Origin: Candidatus Calescibacterium sp.
Lineage (GTDB): Bacteria > DRYD01
Direction of reading: 5' to 3'
Assembly: GCA_025059235.1 (NCBI GenBank)
Contig: JANXCV010000002.1
Span: forward strand, 145,498-209,497
DNA length: 64,000 nt
In this document: positions 20,394 through 30,779 of the stretch, one piece after another
Layout of the letters: the number at the start of each line of letters is the position of its first letter
Position numbering within the stretch: position 1 is the stretch's first letter
Program-made: the position numbers and the translations under genes
The notes under the pieces: model-generated
What the model was told of the DNA's origin: nothing
Databases searched by the model: none
The model's input: only the letters and a program-made list of their open reading frames with translations

Positions 20394-21465
20394 TATTTTT
20401 TATTTGATTTATAAATTTTTCAAAAAAATTCGGGGGAACTAATTTTGAAATAACCTCTGTCCAAGATAAGCTCTTTGTAAGTATATACTGTTTAGAATTA
20501 TTACCCATTTCTATTGCTTTATGTTTGTTTTCAAATATCCAATCCATTGTTTTTGCTATCGACACTGGATCGGGATTAGTTATGATGCCATTATATCCAT
20601 CTTTTATGAATTCCAAGGGACCTCCGCTATCGGTTGTAGCAATTACCATTTTTGAAGAATAGAAAGATTCTATAGTTATGTAACCGTAATCCTCATCAAA
20701 AGGAGTAAATAATACCGCTAGGCATCTAGAATAAAGTTCAATTTTTTTCTCCTCTGGTATATAACCTAATATTTCAACTTTTCTGTTTATTTCAGGATCT
20801 TTTAACAGAGGCTTAATTTTACGATTAAAATATTTTTCATCTATCTGTCCAGCAAGAATTAATTTATAATCTTTCTTTGTATATTTTAAGGCTTCTACTG
20901 CTATATGTTGCCTTTTGTTTATAGCTATTCTGCTTGGAAAAAAGAAATAATCTTCATAACCTTCGTTTTTGAATTTTTCAAAATTTGTTACTGGAGGGTA
21001 TAAGACTTCAGAATCTATGTTATTATACTTTTTTAATCTTTTTTTTACGTTTTCTGATATACTGAAAACTTTTTTGCATTCTCTTAAGAATTTGTTGTCG
21101 TATTCCATAACTTTTTTTCTTAATTCATTTAGTTTATTTTTTTCTTTTTTGTACGGATTGATTTCTGAATCCCATAAGTCGTACAGATATCTTATATGGT
21201 GCATGAACCATACTATTTTGTTGTGATGTTTTATGGCATAACTTAATGGGCGAGAAGTTATTGCTATATCACCGTAGTTGAACTTAAGTTTTCTTATTCC
21301 CTCTATTTGCTCCTCTATTAATTCTGGTGAGGTAGAAAAGGGTATGTATATTTTTTCTGTTTCAAAGTATTTTGATAATTCTTGGGCTAAGGAATCTATT
21401 AAGATACTGTCTCCACCCTTTGTAAAGGGATCTTTGGTCGATACAATCAAAATTTTTTTCTTCAT
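20368..21465 (-). CDS. GT4-family glycosyltransferase (group 1)
   Basis: C-terminal ...ESFYSSKMVIATTDSGGPLEFI..GYNG matches the GT4 EX7E region. Confidence 0.7.
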   Translation of the reverse strand: MKKKILIVSTKDPFTKGGDSILIDSLAQELSKYFETEKIYIPFSTSPELIEEQIEGIRKLKFNYGDIAITSRPLSYAIKHHNKIVWFMHHIRYLYDLWDSEINPYKKEKNKLNELRKKVMEYDNKFLRECKKVFSISENVKKRLKKYNNIDSEVLYPPVTNFEKFKNEGYEDYFFFPSRIAINKRQHIAVEALKYTKKDYKLILAGQIDEKYFNRKIKPLLKDPEINRKVEILGYIPEEKKIELYSRCLAVLFTPFDEDYGYITIESFYSSKMVIATTDSGGPLEFIKDGYNGIITNPDPVSIAKTMDWIFENKHKAIEMGNNSKQYILTKSLSWTEVISKLVPPNFFEKFINQIKNIMVSRERD

Positions 21466-21468
21466 ATA

Positions 21469-22452
21469 CTACTTGAGATTATTTTGTATTATTATGTCGA
21501 GTAATTTATCAAAAGGTATACCTGTTTTTTTTGCTTCTTGTGGTAATAGTGAAACATCTGTAAAACCGGGAATAGTATTTACTTCAAGGAAGAAAACATC
21601 AAGAGAATCTTTGTTTTCTCTTATTCTATAGTCTATCCTAACTGCATCCTTGAATCCTATGAATTCGAATATACGGACGGATATTTCTTTAAGATAGTTA
21701 TTTATTTCTTTGGGCAAGTTTGGAGGTATTATATGATTTATTTTCTTTATATACTTGTTCTCGTAATCAAATAATTTGCTTTCGTTTAATTCTAATTCAC
21801 AAGGTTCAAGTGGTATTATCTCTTCATTTTCCTGTATAACTCCTACTGTAATTTCTCTACCATCGATATATTCTTGGATTATTACGGTTTTATCTTCTTC
21901 AAAAGCTATTTGGATAGCTTTTTCTAGTTCTTTTTCAAATTCATATTCTTTTTGTATTAGAGATAATCCAACACTACTTCCCGAAGAATTCGGTTTTACT
22001 ATTAACGGAATACTGATTGAATTCCTTTTGATTTTTAAAATAGCATGTTCGATACCATATCTTGAGTATTCTTGAAAGTTTATGTACGCAGTTTTAGGTA
22101 TATTAAGATTTACTATGTTATAGTCTTTTATGAATCTTTCTACTAATAGATTTGCTATCATCTTGTTCATTCCTATCATACTTGCTAATGAGCCGGAGAA
22201 TGAAAATGGGATATTAAGGGATTCCAAGAAAGATTGAATGGTACCATCTTCACCGTATTTGCCGTGGAGAGCTAAAAAAATAAAGTCATATTCGCTTTCT
22301 AGAATATGTTTATAAAAATCCCTTAAATCTGTTAGAATATACTTCTGTGTATTTGGATAGATTGTTTTTAATTTGTTGTATATGTTTTCACCTGATTTTA
22401 GGGATATTTCTTTTTCTGAGGATATGCCTCCCATTACTACAAGTATTTTCAT
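21469..22452 (-). CDS. ddl: D-alanine--D-alanine ligase
   Basis: MKILVVMGGISSEKEISLKSG, FLALHGKYGEDGTIQ and the ATP-grasp C-terminus. Confidence 0.85.
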   Translation of the reverse strand: MKILVVMGGISSEKEISLKSGENIYNKLKTIYPNTQKYILTDLRDFYKHILESEYDFIFLALHGKYGEDGTIQSFLESLNIPFSFSGSLASMIGMNKMIANLLVERFIKDYNIVNLNIPKTAYINFQEYSRYGIEHAILKIKRNSISIPLIVKPNSSGSSVGLSLIQKEYEFEKELEKAIQIAFEEDKTVIIQEYIDGREITVGVIQENEEIIPLEPCELELNESKLFDYENKYIKKINHIIPPNLPKEINNYLKEISVRIFEFIGFKDAVRIDYRIRENKDSLDVFFLEVNTIPGFTDVSLLPQEAKKTGIPFDKLLDIIIQNNLK

Positions 22453-23225
22453 TGCTCTTTAATAAAATACACTAAAAACTCTCTATTACCTTTCTCTCCT
22501 TTGATTGGTGATTCAGTGATACCTACGAATCTAAATCCTTGTTTTCTTATTTTTCTTATGGTTCTTAAAAGGATTAAGAATAGCATATTTGGATTTTTCA
22601 GAACTCCTTTTTTTAAATGTTTTCTTTCGTCTTTTCTCAATTCAAAATTAGGCTTTATTAGGACAATGATATTTAATTTTTTGTCTGCTTTAACGATACT
22701 TATTGCTTGTGTTATCATGGTAGCGGAAATAAAGGATACGTCTATTGTTATTATCTCTACGTTGTTTATGATTTCGGAAGAAAGCTTGAAATTCTGTGGT
22801 GATTCAAATATTTTGTTTATTTCTTTTGCGTTAAATTTTTCTATATTGATTACTTTTTGATTTTTTACTAAGGAAGGATGAAGTTGACTTTTTCCATTAT
22901 CTATCGATATAACTATTTTAGCTCCGTTTTTGAGTAAGCAATCTGTGAAGCCTCCTGTTGATGCTCCTATATCGATACATACTTTGTTTTTTACGTCAAT
23001 CTGGAATGTTTTTAGAGCTTTTTGTAACTTATATCCTCCTCTTGAGACAAACTCAAAGTTTTTCTGTACTTCTATATTTATATCTTCACTGAACTTTTTT
23101 GAGGGCTTGTAAAAGGGTTTTCCTTCTATGAATACCTTGCCGTCAAGAATCAGCTTATGGGCTCTTACACGGGATTCAACTAAACCCTTTAGAACCAGTA
23201 ATTCATCTAATCTATACTTCTTCAT
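22449..23225 (-). CDS. tlyA: TlyA-family rRNA 2'-O-methyltransferase (hemolysin A-like)
   Basis: S4-like N-terminus (RLDELLV.KGL..SR) and DIGASTGGFTDCLL SAM motif. Confidence 0.8.
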   Translation of the reverse strand: MKKYRLDELLVLKGLVESRVRAHKLILDGKVFIEGKPFYKPSKKFSEDINIEVQKNFEFVSRGGYKLQKALKTFQIDVKNKVCIDIGASTGGFTDCLLKNGAKIVISIDNGKSQLHPSLVKNQKVINIEKFNAKEINKIFESPQNFKLSSEIINNVEIITIDVSFISATMITQAISIVKADKKLNIIVLIKPNFELRKDERKHLKKGVLKNPNMLFLILLRTIRKIRKQGFRFVGITESPIKGEKGNREFLVYFIKEQ

Positions 23226-23754
23226 TGTTGAATTTATCGAACAATAAGTGCTTAGATTTTATCTCTATGTTGACTAAACTTTCTAACTTTGATATCAGAT
23301 CAATTAGATTTTGACTGTTTTCTGATGAGTAGCCTATTTCTCTAATAAGAAAATTTAAAAACTTAGTCAAATTTTTTGTAATGACATTCATGTCGCTTGT
23401 TTTTTCTAGACTATTTATGAATGAGACGAGGAGCTTGTAGAGCTTTTCTTCAACCTGATTCTCTGGAATTACTTTTTTTATTATCTCAAAAACGAACTGT
23501 ACTACCACTTTTTTGTGATAAGAACTCCTTATGTTCTCATAGTAATTGATCACTATATACTGGGGTATAAACATATAATCCTTATTTTTCTTTACTTGAA
23601 AAGATATTAAGTTTAGGATATCTAGGTTTAGGTTTTTTACTTTGTAAGGATATATGAAATGGCATAACCCTAGGTCTTTTGAAAATATCAATAATCTTTC
23701 CCCTTTAGGTAAAGTGGATCTATCTATTATTATTCCGGAGGTGTATTTTGTCAT
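23212..23754 (-). CDS. recO: RecO-like protein (N-terminal OB-fold plus helical region; no C-terminal zinc-finger domain)
   Basis: GIIIDRSTLPKGERLLIFSKDLG aligns with the RecO N-terminus (GIVLR..DYGE.DKI.TL.T.E.G). The mid-region pattern is also RecO-like. Confidence 0.4.
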   Translation of the reverse strand: MTKYTSGIIIDRSTLPKGERLLIFSKDLGLCHFIYPYKVKNLNLDILNLISFQVKKNKDYMFIPQYIVINYYENIRSSYHKKVVVQFVFEIIKKVIPENQVEEKLYKLLVSFINSLEKTSDMNVITKNLTKFLNFLIREIGYSSENSQNLIDLISKLESLVNIEIKSKHLLFDKFNNEEV

Positions 23755-24889
23755 TTGTCTGGATTAAACTGATTTTTGTATTGTCTTGAAATGGAGTATA
23801 TGTATTTTTAACTATTATGTCGAATATTCTTTGTGATGCTAATCCGTCTCCGTATGGGTTATTTACATTGGATTTGATTATTTTTTGTTTATGATCTATA
23901 TGTTTAATTGTTTTTTGGATTATTTGTTTTTTATCTGTTCCTGCAAGAATTATGAATTTATGTTTTATACCTTCTGGTCGTTCGGTTTTATTTCTTACGA
24001 CAATTACTGGAGTTTTGTAGGTGGGTGCTTCTTCTTGTATTCCTCCTGAATCAGTTATTATTATACGTGCGTTTTTTATTAGACTTAGCATTGTTAAATA
24101 ATCTATGGGATCTATTAACCTTATGTTTTTGTTTTTTGATAGTATTTCGAAGGCTGGTTTTCTGACGTTAGGATTATAATGGACAGGAAATATGACGGGA
24201 ATTTTTGTAATTTTTTGAATTTCATCTATTGACTCTAATATTTCTATCATTGTTTTACCGAAAGATTCTCTTCTATGGACTTCTACTAGGATATAGTTAT
24301 TGGGCTCTATCTGATATAGAGTTTGAATATCCATCTTATTTACTAGCGGATCGATTAATAGAAGTGCATCTACAACTGTATTACCTGTGATAAAGACGTT
24401 TTGTCTTATATTTTCCCTATACAGATTTTTTGCTGATAACGATGTGGGACAAAAATGATAATCTGCTACAACGCTTATCAATCTTCTATTTATTTCTTCT
24501 GGGAAAGGTTGATATTTATCGAACGATCTCAGTCCGGCTTCAATATGACAGATATATATGTCTTGATGATAAAAAGAAGCCAGAGCTACTATGAAAGCTG
24601 TTGATGTATCTCCTTGCACAAAAATATATTTCGGTTTTGTATATTCAAAAAACTCTCTGATCTTTGAAAGAACGTTAATCGATATATCAAATAAATTTTG
24701 ATTGGGTTTCATTATATCTAGGTCATAGTCAAACTTTATATTAAAAACTCTATTTGCAGTTTCAAGGAGCTCCTTATGTTGAGAAGTTGATAAAACCATT
24801 ACATCTTGGTTATTTTTCTTAAATTTATCTATAACTGGTGCTGTTTTTATGAGCTCTGGTCTAGTTCCAACTACAAAGCAATATCTCAT
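23720..24889 (-). CDS. wecB: UDP-N-acetylglucosamine 2-epimerase (non-hydrolysing)
   Basis: GTRPELIKTAPV, HIEAGLRS and DSGGIQEEAP motifs. Confidence 0.85.
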   Translation of the reverse strand: MRYCFVVGTRPELIKTAPVIDKFKKNNQDVMVLSTSQHKELLETANRVFNIKFDYDLDIMKPNQNLFDISINVLSKIREFFEYTKPKYIFVQGDTSTAFIVALASFYHQDIYICHIEAGLRSFDKYQPFPEEINRRLISVVADYHFCPTSLSAKNLYRENIRQNVFITGNTVVDALLLIDPLVNKMDIQTLYQIEPNNYILVEVHRRESFGKTMIEILESIDEIQKITKIPVIFPVHYNPNVRKPAFEILSKNKNIRLIDPIDYLTMLSLIKNARIIITDSGGIQEEAPTYKTPVIVVRNKTERPEGIKHKFIILAGTDKKQIIQKTIKHIDHKQKIIKSNVNNPYGDGLASQRIFDIIVKNTYTPFQDNTKISLIQTNDKIHLRNNNR

Positions 24890-24998
24890 ACAAGATATAT
24901 TTTACACTTGATAAACTGTTTAACCTTTTAAACACTTAAAAAGGGATGTAGTATGGTAAAAGAGAATCTCTATACTAGCGGCAACATTTCTAGCTTTT

Positions 24999-25613
24999 AT
25001 GAATCAAGATCAGAGACTGTTGGTAATCAAATTCATACTTACGCTAAGTTTTTTGCTCTCTTTTTCAAATGCTATAAGAGGATATTGGAATTCCTTTCAA
25101 ATTGTCGAAATACCTGAAAAGGAAATATTCAATACTATTACTACCCAAGGTAGAATCTATGCCAGTTTTTGGGTCAAGGATTCTCATTCCAGGTTATCTT
25201 TAAACCTATATGACGTAGTATTAAAGATTTACGATAAAACAAAGAACATATCTACAGATAGATATGATGTTTATACAAGCAGTTTCGATTATGTGATTTC
25301 TGGTAACAAAGTTATAGATAGAAATGAACCTGACAGCAACCCATGGAATTTTATCAAACCATTGATTATTCTTTACAATTTGAAAAAGAGTTTTACCTTG
25401 ATTACTAAAAAAGGAGAATTTTTATTCACCAAACATTCTGATAGGTTCATCATTTCAGAAGTTTATAACAGTTACGAGATATCTAAGGGATTTATAAAAA
25501 TATTCCCTTCAGGTATTTACTTAGAGTTGAGAATTCATATTCCCAAGAATACAATTGAGGGATTCAAATATACTCTTAAGTCTACTTTAAAAGTAAATGT
25601 CAAACTTGAATAG
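24999..25613 (+). CDS. Hypothetical secreted protein
   Basis: N-terminal signal-peptide-like hydrophobic segment; no recognisable domain. Confidence 0.4.
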   Translation: MNQDQRLLVIKFILTLSFLLSFSNAIRGYWNSFQIVEIPEKEIFNTITTQGRIYASFWVKDSHSRLSLNLYDVVLKIYDKTKNISTDRYDVYTSSFDYVISGNKVIDRNEPDSNPWNFIKPLIILYNLKKSFTLITKKGEFLFTKHSDRFIISEVYNSYEISKGFIKIFPSGIYLELRIHIPKNTIEGFKYTLKSTLKVNVKLE

Positions 25614-26157
25614 AGAACTAAAAGGTAAACATAGTGTGGTAATAGTTGGGGAAGAATTTGTAGAGAAAAGGATAAAAAAAGAATTTTATTCTAACTTTCT
25701 TAGGGAAAAATTGGCTTTGCAAAGATTGAAAAAATATGATTTTGTACCAAAACTTATTAGCTATGACGAAAAAAATCTTTCGATCAAGATGGAGAAGGTT
25801 CAGGGTATAAACTTATTGACGATTATTAAACTTTACAAAAACAATAGGTTAGGCAAGGAATTAATTCTTTCTATCTTTAAAAACCTATTCAAGATCTGTT
25901 TTTTTTTGGATGTAGAGGGAGTATATAAAGATGAATGGAATAGACCATTTAAGCATATAATTATCACTGAGAAAAATATAAAGGTCATAGACTTTGATAG
26001 ATCTTTGTTTAATACTTCTAGAAAAAATGTGTTGCAATTTTTATCTTTTGTTTTTGGATTTTGGAATTTTTTTGGTCAAAAGGGTAATTTTAGACATCTT
26101 TACGATTTCTGTGTTTTCTATGGGAATCAAATTGAGAGATACCAGAAATTTCGTTGA
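25597..26157 (+). CDS. Small atypical kinase-like protein (Bud32/RIO/Kdo-kinase-like fold); possibly catalytically degenerate
   Basis: N-lobe pattern with Lys (VEKRIKK) and a ...NIKVIDFDRS DFG-like region. The HGD catalytic motif is not evident. Confidence 0.35.
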   Translation: MSNLNRELKGKHSVVIVGEEFVEKRIKKEFYSNFLREKLALQRLKKYDFVPKLISYDEKNLSIKMEKVQGINLLTIIKLYKNNRLGKELILSIFKNLFKICFFLDVEGVYKDEWNRPFKHIIITEKNIKVIDFDRSLFNTSRKNVLQFLSFVFGFWNFFGQKGNFRHLYDFCVFYGNQIERYQKFR

Positions 26158-26176
26158 TTTACTGAATTTGATTGAT

Positions 26177-27262
26177 TTACCATATGAATCCTCTGTCTCT
26201 GTTTTCTTCCACATGGTGTAATTCTTCGGGATGGTCGGTAAGGGTTATTGCCATGTTTTTAGTTATATGCCCTTCCTCTATCAGGTTTCTCAGACTTTTT
26301 CCGAATGTTATCATTCCATCATACTCACCGTTCAGAATATATTCGTATATCTGTGACATTTGATTATCTCTTATTAGGCCTTTAATGGTTGGTGTAGATA
26401 CCATTATTTCGACTACTGGCATTAGGTTTCCAGTTTTTATACTATTTACTAACTTTTGACAGATAATAGCGTTTAAAGAATTTATTAGTGCTTCTTTAAC
26501 TATTTCTCTTTGTTCTTGTTTGAACATATCGATTATTCTATATATTGTTTTAACTGTTGAGTCGGCGTGGACGGTGGTTATTACCATATGTCCTGTTTCT
26601 GCTGCATTGGCTGCTATCCATGCGCTTTGGGAGTCTCTTAGCTCACCCAGAAATATTATGTCTGGATCTTGTCTTAAAGCGTCTCTCAATCCTCTCTCAA
26701 ATGATACTGTATCTATACCTACCTCTCTCTGGGTAATAAATGATTTTTTATCTGTAAATACATATTCTATTGGGTCTTCTATTGTTACTATTCTTTTGGG
26801 ATAGTGGGAATTGATGTACTGTATTATTGCTGCTGCTGTTGTTGTTTTTCCACTACCTGCTGTGCCGGATATGATTACTAGTCCTCTTTGCTTTTCTATT
26901 ATTCTTATTATCAGGTCTGCAGGAAGGTTGAGAGCTTCGAAACTTTCAGGAGGAGTTAAAATTTTTCTGGCTGATATTCCTATAGAACCCTGAGTTTTGA
27001 ACACGTTTATTCTGAATCTAACATTACCTATACTAATACTGTAGTCGAATGATCCTACGGTTTCTAGTTCTTTCAGATATTGGGGGTTAAAATTTTCTTT
27101 TAGAATCTGTAAGATATTTTCGTAGGAGATTGGTTCGTTACCGAAGAAGACTAATTGCTTGTTTATTCTGTAAGCTGGCCTGGAACCAGCTTTTATGTGA
27201 AGATCTGTAGCATTTACATCTTTATCGGTCATTACTTCTAACATCTTTATAAAATTATACAC
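26177..27262 (-). CDS. pilT: Twitching-motility ATPase PilT (type IV pilus retraction)
   Basis: Walker A ISGTAGSGKTTT, HMVITTVHA, and Asp/His boxes of the PilT/GspE family. 361 aa, typical of PilT. Confidence 0.85.
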   Translation of the reverse strand: MYNFIKMLEVMTDKDVNATDLHIKAGSRPAYRINKQLVFFGNEPISYENILQILKENFNPQYLKELETVGSFDYSISIGNVRFRINVFKTQGSIGISARKILTPPESFEALNLPADLIIRIIEKQRGLVIISGTAGSGKTTTAAAIIQYINSHYPKRIVTIEDPIEYVFTDKKSFITQREVGIDTVSFERGLRDALRQDPDIIFLGELRDSQSAWIAANAAETGHMVITTVHADSTVKTIYRIIDMFKQEQREIVKEALINSLNAIICQKLVNSIKTGNLMPVVEIMVSTPTIKGLIRDNQMSQIYEYILNGEYDGMITFGKSLRNLIEEGHITKNMAITLTDHPEELHHVEENRDRGFIW

Positions 27263-27275
27263 TTTTCAACCCTCC

Positions 27276-28706
27276 TTATATTATTTCATCTATGAAATCG
27301 GATAGACTACTTATCATATTACTTATTATTTTACCTTGGTAGATTTTAAGCATAGTTTTTACTCTCTTGACACTTTCTATAATTTCTGTTTGGAGAATGG
27401 TTTTTATAAATATATCAGATATTTGCATATCTAATTTATTTTTTTCTGCTTCTTCGCGGATGATAGATATAGCTTTTTGAAAGGAGAATCCTGGTCTATA
27501 TGGTCTGTCTATTATCAGAGCATCGAAAGTATCTGCTATAGCTAAAATCCTGCTTTCTAATGGTATTTCTGAAGATCTATAACCATACGGATAACCTGTT
27601 CCATCCAATCTTTCGTGATGTAGCTCTGCTATATCTACTATCTCTTTTATAAACGTATATATTGGTTGTAGGATATTTTTTAGCTCTTTTACATGAAGTT
27701 TTATTATTTCAAACTCTTCTTTTGTTAATTTTCCTTTTTTCTGTAGTATCTCATCCGGAATTATTATTTTGCCTATGTCATGAATTATAGCGGCTTTATA
27801 TATCCTATCTATATCGTTAATATCCAGGTTTAGCTGTTTGGAAATATTATAACTGATCAAAGCTACCCTATAAGAATGATCGAAAGTATATCTGTCTTTC
27901 TTCTCCAAAAGATCAACTATCAACGATATAAAAGTCAAAACTTGATTAGAGATATAAGTATTATCTTTGAATGACAGAAGGAAGATAGAGAGGATTATTC
28001 CTATTGATAATTTATGAGTAGCAAAAACATAAAAAATGCAAATAAAAAATATAGGGTTTAGTGTAATTTGGATTAGAAATTGTATGTATTTTTCTTCTTT
28101 GTTCATGAAAAATTTTCTTGCATACTGATTCATATTATTCATTTTTATGTTTTCGTAAAATCTCTGTAGGATTTTTTCAATGATAAGCCATAATCCTATA
28201 AATGTTAAGACAAACCAAAATATTCCATTTTGAGCCCAAAAAGGTATATATTCGAACAGAAAATATATCGGGAAAAACGATACAAACATGAAAACATATT
28301 CAAGGAAGTAATTGTTCATTTTCTGTTTTTCTATGTCTTTATTTATGATATTTAAATGAGAGAATTTTTCCTTATCTAATTCTTTTATTATTTCGCTATT
28401 ATTGAATAAGTTTTTCATCAAAAATACAAGGATAGTACTTATGTTGCTTATAATTATGGTGTAAACTAAGCCGCTATGTAAACTATGAAATAGAAACAGT
28501 AACCTAAAAAAGTCTATTTTATAACTAATGTTTTGGTAGAAATATACATCTTTCCTTATTAATAGCGTAATGGTAAGTATGAATATGTCTATAAGATAGA
28601 ACAAAAGATTCCCACTGAGCAAAAATGCTATTAAAAACATTGAAAATGCAAAAAGTAGGGATATGTAGATACTGCTATCTGAGATTATTTTATTAGAAAT
28701 ATTCAT
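27276..28706 (-). CDS. Membrane-anchored HD-GYP domain phosphodiesterase (c-di-GMP)
   Basis: About 8 predicted TM helices, then HD (AIIHDIGK) ... HHERLDGTGYPYG. Confidence 0.8.
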   Translation of the reverse strand: MNISNKIISDSSIYISLLFAFSMFLIAFLLSGNLLFYLIDIFILTITLLIRKDVYFYQNISYKIDFFRLLFLFHSLHSGLVYTIIISNISTILVFLMKNLFNNSEIIKELDKEKFSHLNIINKDIEKQKMNNYFLEYVFMFVSFFPIYFLFEYIPFWAQNGIFWFVLTFIGLWLIIEKILQRFYENIKMNNMNQYARKFFMNKEEKYIQFLIQITLNPIFFICIFYVFATHKLSIGIILSIFLLSFKDNTYISNQVLTFISLIVDLLEKKDRYTFDHSYRVALISYNISKQLNLDINDIDRIYKAAIIHDIGKIIIPDEILQKKGKLTKEEFEIIKLHVKELKNILQPIYTFIKEIVDIAELHHERLDGTGYPYGYRSSEIPLESRILAIADTFDALIIDRPYRPGFSFQKAISIIREEAEKNKLDMQISDIFIKTILQTEIIESVKRVKTMLKIYQGKIISNMISSLSDFIDEII

Positions 28707-29296
28707 GTTAAGAGGTTTTCTATCTGTGAGTATAGAGAGTTTATGTCTTTGTCGTTTATGATTACTTTATCGGCTTTTTTAACTTTTTCTAGGGGATTTA
28801 TTTGACTGTTCATTATTTTTTTTGCTAATTCTTCATCTATTCTATCTCTTTTCATTACTCTTTTTATGGATATGTGTGGAGGTGTAAAGACTACCCATAT
28901 CTCATCGAATAAATATTCTAGTTTTTTTTCATATAGTAAAGGAACTATGTAGAAGGCATATTTTTTTTTATATTTATCTTTCAACTTTTTTTTAGCTTTT
29001 AGGATTTCATTGATTACCAATGGATGAATTAATTCCTCTAGTTTTTCCCTCTTTTCTGCATTTTCAAATATAATTGTCTTTATACACTTTTTTAGAAGCC
29101 TGTTTTTTTTTAAGCATTCAGGAAACAATGCTTTAATTTTCTCTTTTATGTCTTTGTATTTGGTCGAGGAATATATTTTTGATACAAATTCGTCTGAGTC
29201 AAATACGAAAAAATTTTTGCTTTCTAGGTATTTCCCTACTGTAGTTTTACCACTTCCGATATTTCCTGTTATTCCTATATGCCTTGTACTATCCAT
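28703..29296 (-). CDS. coaE: Dephospho-CoA kinase
   Basis: IGITGNIGSGKTTV P-loop at the N-terminus; about 197 aa. Confidence 0.8.
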   Translation of the reverse strand: MDSTRHIGITGNIGSGKTTVGKYLESKNFFVFDSDEFVSKIYSSTKYKDIKEKIKALFPECLKKNRLLKKCIKTIIFENAEKREKLEELIHPLVINEILKAKKKLKDKYKKKYAFYIVPLLYEKKLEYLFDEIWVVFTPPHISIKRVMKRDRIDEELAKKIMNSQINPLEKVKKADKVIINDKDINSLYSQIENLLT

Positions 29297-29564
29297 TTTG
29301 TAACTTTATTGCTTTATCGAGTAGAAATACGGGTATTTCATCTATTATGGGAAATAGCAAACTACACTTTGAGCATTTGTATCCGCTTATTTCCTTTCCT
29401 TTTATCATTCTTAGTAATTCATCTTCTGTTTCTGTATTGAAATAGTATTTTTCCACGAATTCTAGATCAGATTTACATTGTGGACAGCATAATATTTCCA
29501 GTAGCTCTATATATTTCTTATTCATAGAAGTTTCCTCCTGCTTATTATTTGGTTTTGTTGTCAA
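29289..29564 (-). CDS. Trm112-family small zinc-ribbon protein
   Basis: LLEILCCPQCKS and the second CxxC pair are characteristic of Trm112/DUF343. Confidence 0.55.
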   Translation of the reverse strand: MTTKPNNKQEETSMNKKYIELLEILCCPQCKSDLEFVEKYYFNTETEDELLRMIKGKEISGYKCSKCSLLFPIIDEIPVFLLDKAIKLQNG

Positions 29565-29658
29565 GTAGAGAATTCTACAGCTATTCTGTTTTATCCTACA
29601 TAATGAAGGTAATTTTACAACGGTATAGAAAAACTAAAAAACGGAAAGGAGTGCTAGG

Positions 29659-30315
29659 ATGTTAATAGCTGGTTCAATAATAGGGGGGAATGTTCTAAAT
29701 ATAGAAGAGATAATAAAGATTTCAGAGGAAGCTGGAGTTGATTGGTTGCACCTGGATATCATGGATGGAAATTTCGTACCTAACATAACCTTTGGGCTAG
29801 ATTTTGTCAAAAAAATCAGACAAAAAACTTACCTACCTCTAGATATTCATCTCATGGTTATAGATCCCGAAAAGTATATCCAATTTTCTAACTATTGCAA
29901 TATGATAAATTTTCACATAGAGACAACTTACTTTCCTCTAAGGATTATAGAGAATATCAGGAAAAACAATCCTGAGGTGAAGGTGGGAGTTGCAGTCAAC
30001 CCCTCTACATCAATTTCTTTCCTTGAAAATATGGAGGGTTACATAGATAATATTCTTATAATGACGGTCGAACCAGGTTTCGCAGGACAAAAGTTTATAC
30101 CTAACACTCTCAACAAAATAGAAAAAGCTAAAAAAATTATCGAAGGATGGGAAAAAAAACCTTTTATATCTGTCGATGGAGGAATTAATTCACAAAATTA
30201 TAAATTAGTCTTGGAAAGGGGGGCTAACTACATAGTATGTGCTTCCTATCTCTATGAAGATTACTCTTCTATAAAACAAAAGGTATTAATGATGAAAAAA
30301 CAACTATACAAATAA
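29659..30315 (+). CDS. rpe: Ribulose-phosphate 3-epimerase
   Basis: HLDIMDGNFVPNITFG; TIM-barrel pattern. An AAAGGAG RBS precedes the ATG. Confidence 0.85.
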   Translation: MLIAGSIIGGNVLNIEEIIKISEEAGVDWLHLDIMDGNFVPNITFGLDFVKKIRQKTYLPLDIHLMVIDPEKYIQFSNYCNMINFHIETTYFPLRIIENIRKNNPEVKVGVAVNPSTSISFLENMEGYIDNILIMTVEPGFAGQKFIPNTLNKIEKAKKIIEGWEKKPFISVDGGINSQNYKLVLERGANYIVCASYLYEDYSSIKQKVLMMKKQLYK

Positions 30316-30327
30316 AGGGGGAATAAT

Positions 30328-30732
30328 ATGCCACGAAAAAAGCAAAAACAAAGTGGTGAAAACAAGCTAACGGATAGAAATAATTCAAAAAAACAAGAAA
30401 AAGAGAGGAACGAAGAAGATCTACTAGAAAGTATAGAAAATGAAGAACAGGCAATAGAAAAGACTGAAGAAGATGAGTTAAATATTGATAGTCTAACTGA
30501 CTTCGAAGATCTTGATGAATTAGAAGAAGATTACTCTGAATTTGAAGATACAGAATTCTTTATGTCAGAGGATGATTTAATTATGTGCCCTGGTTGCGGA
30601 GAAGTCATAGAAGCAGAAAGATTGAAACTCCTTGAAGAATGTCCTAGCTGTGGTTTAAGTATCTCTGAATTTGATGAATTCGAAAAATATGACTCTATAT
30701 ATAAAGAAAGTGATGAAAATGAAGAATGGTAA
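30328..30732 (+). CDS. Acidic protein with a C-terminal zinc-ribbon (CPGCG...CPSCG)
   Basis: Highly D/E-rich N-terminus and paired CxxC motifs. Confidence 0.5.
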   Translation: MPRKKQKQSGENKLTDRNNSKKQEKERNEEDLLESIENEEQAIEKTEEDELNIDSLTDFEDLDELEEDYSEFEDTEFFMSEDDLIMCPGCGEVIEAERLKLLEECPSCGLSISEFDEFEKYDSIYKESDENEEW

Positions 30733-30779
30733 AAAACAAAAGGTTCAAAGGGAAATACATAGAATTTTATAAGTGAGGT

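Noticed and set aside
26520-26993. Plus-strand ORFs inside pilT
   Set aside because: They are antisense to a strongly supported gene.
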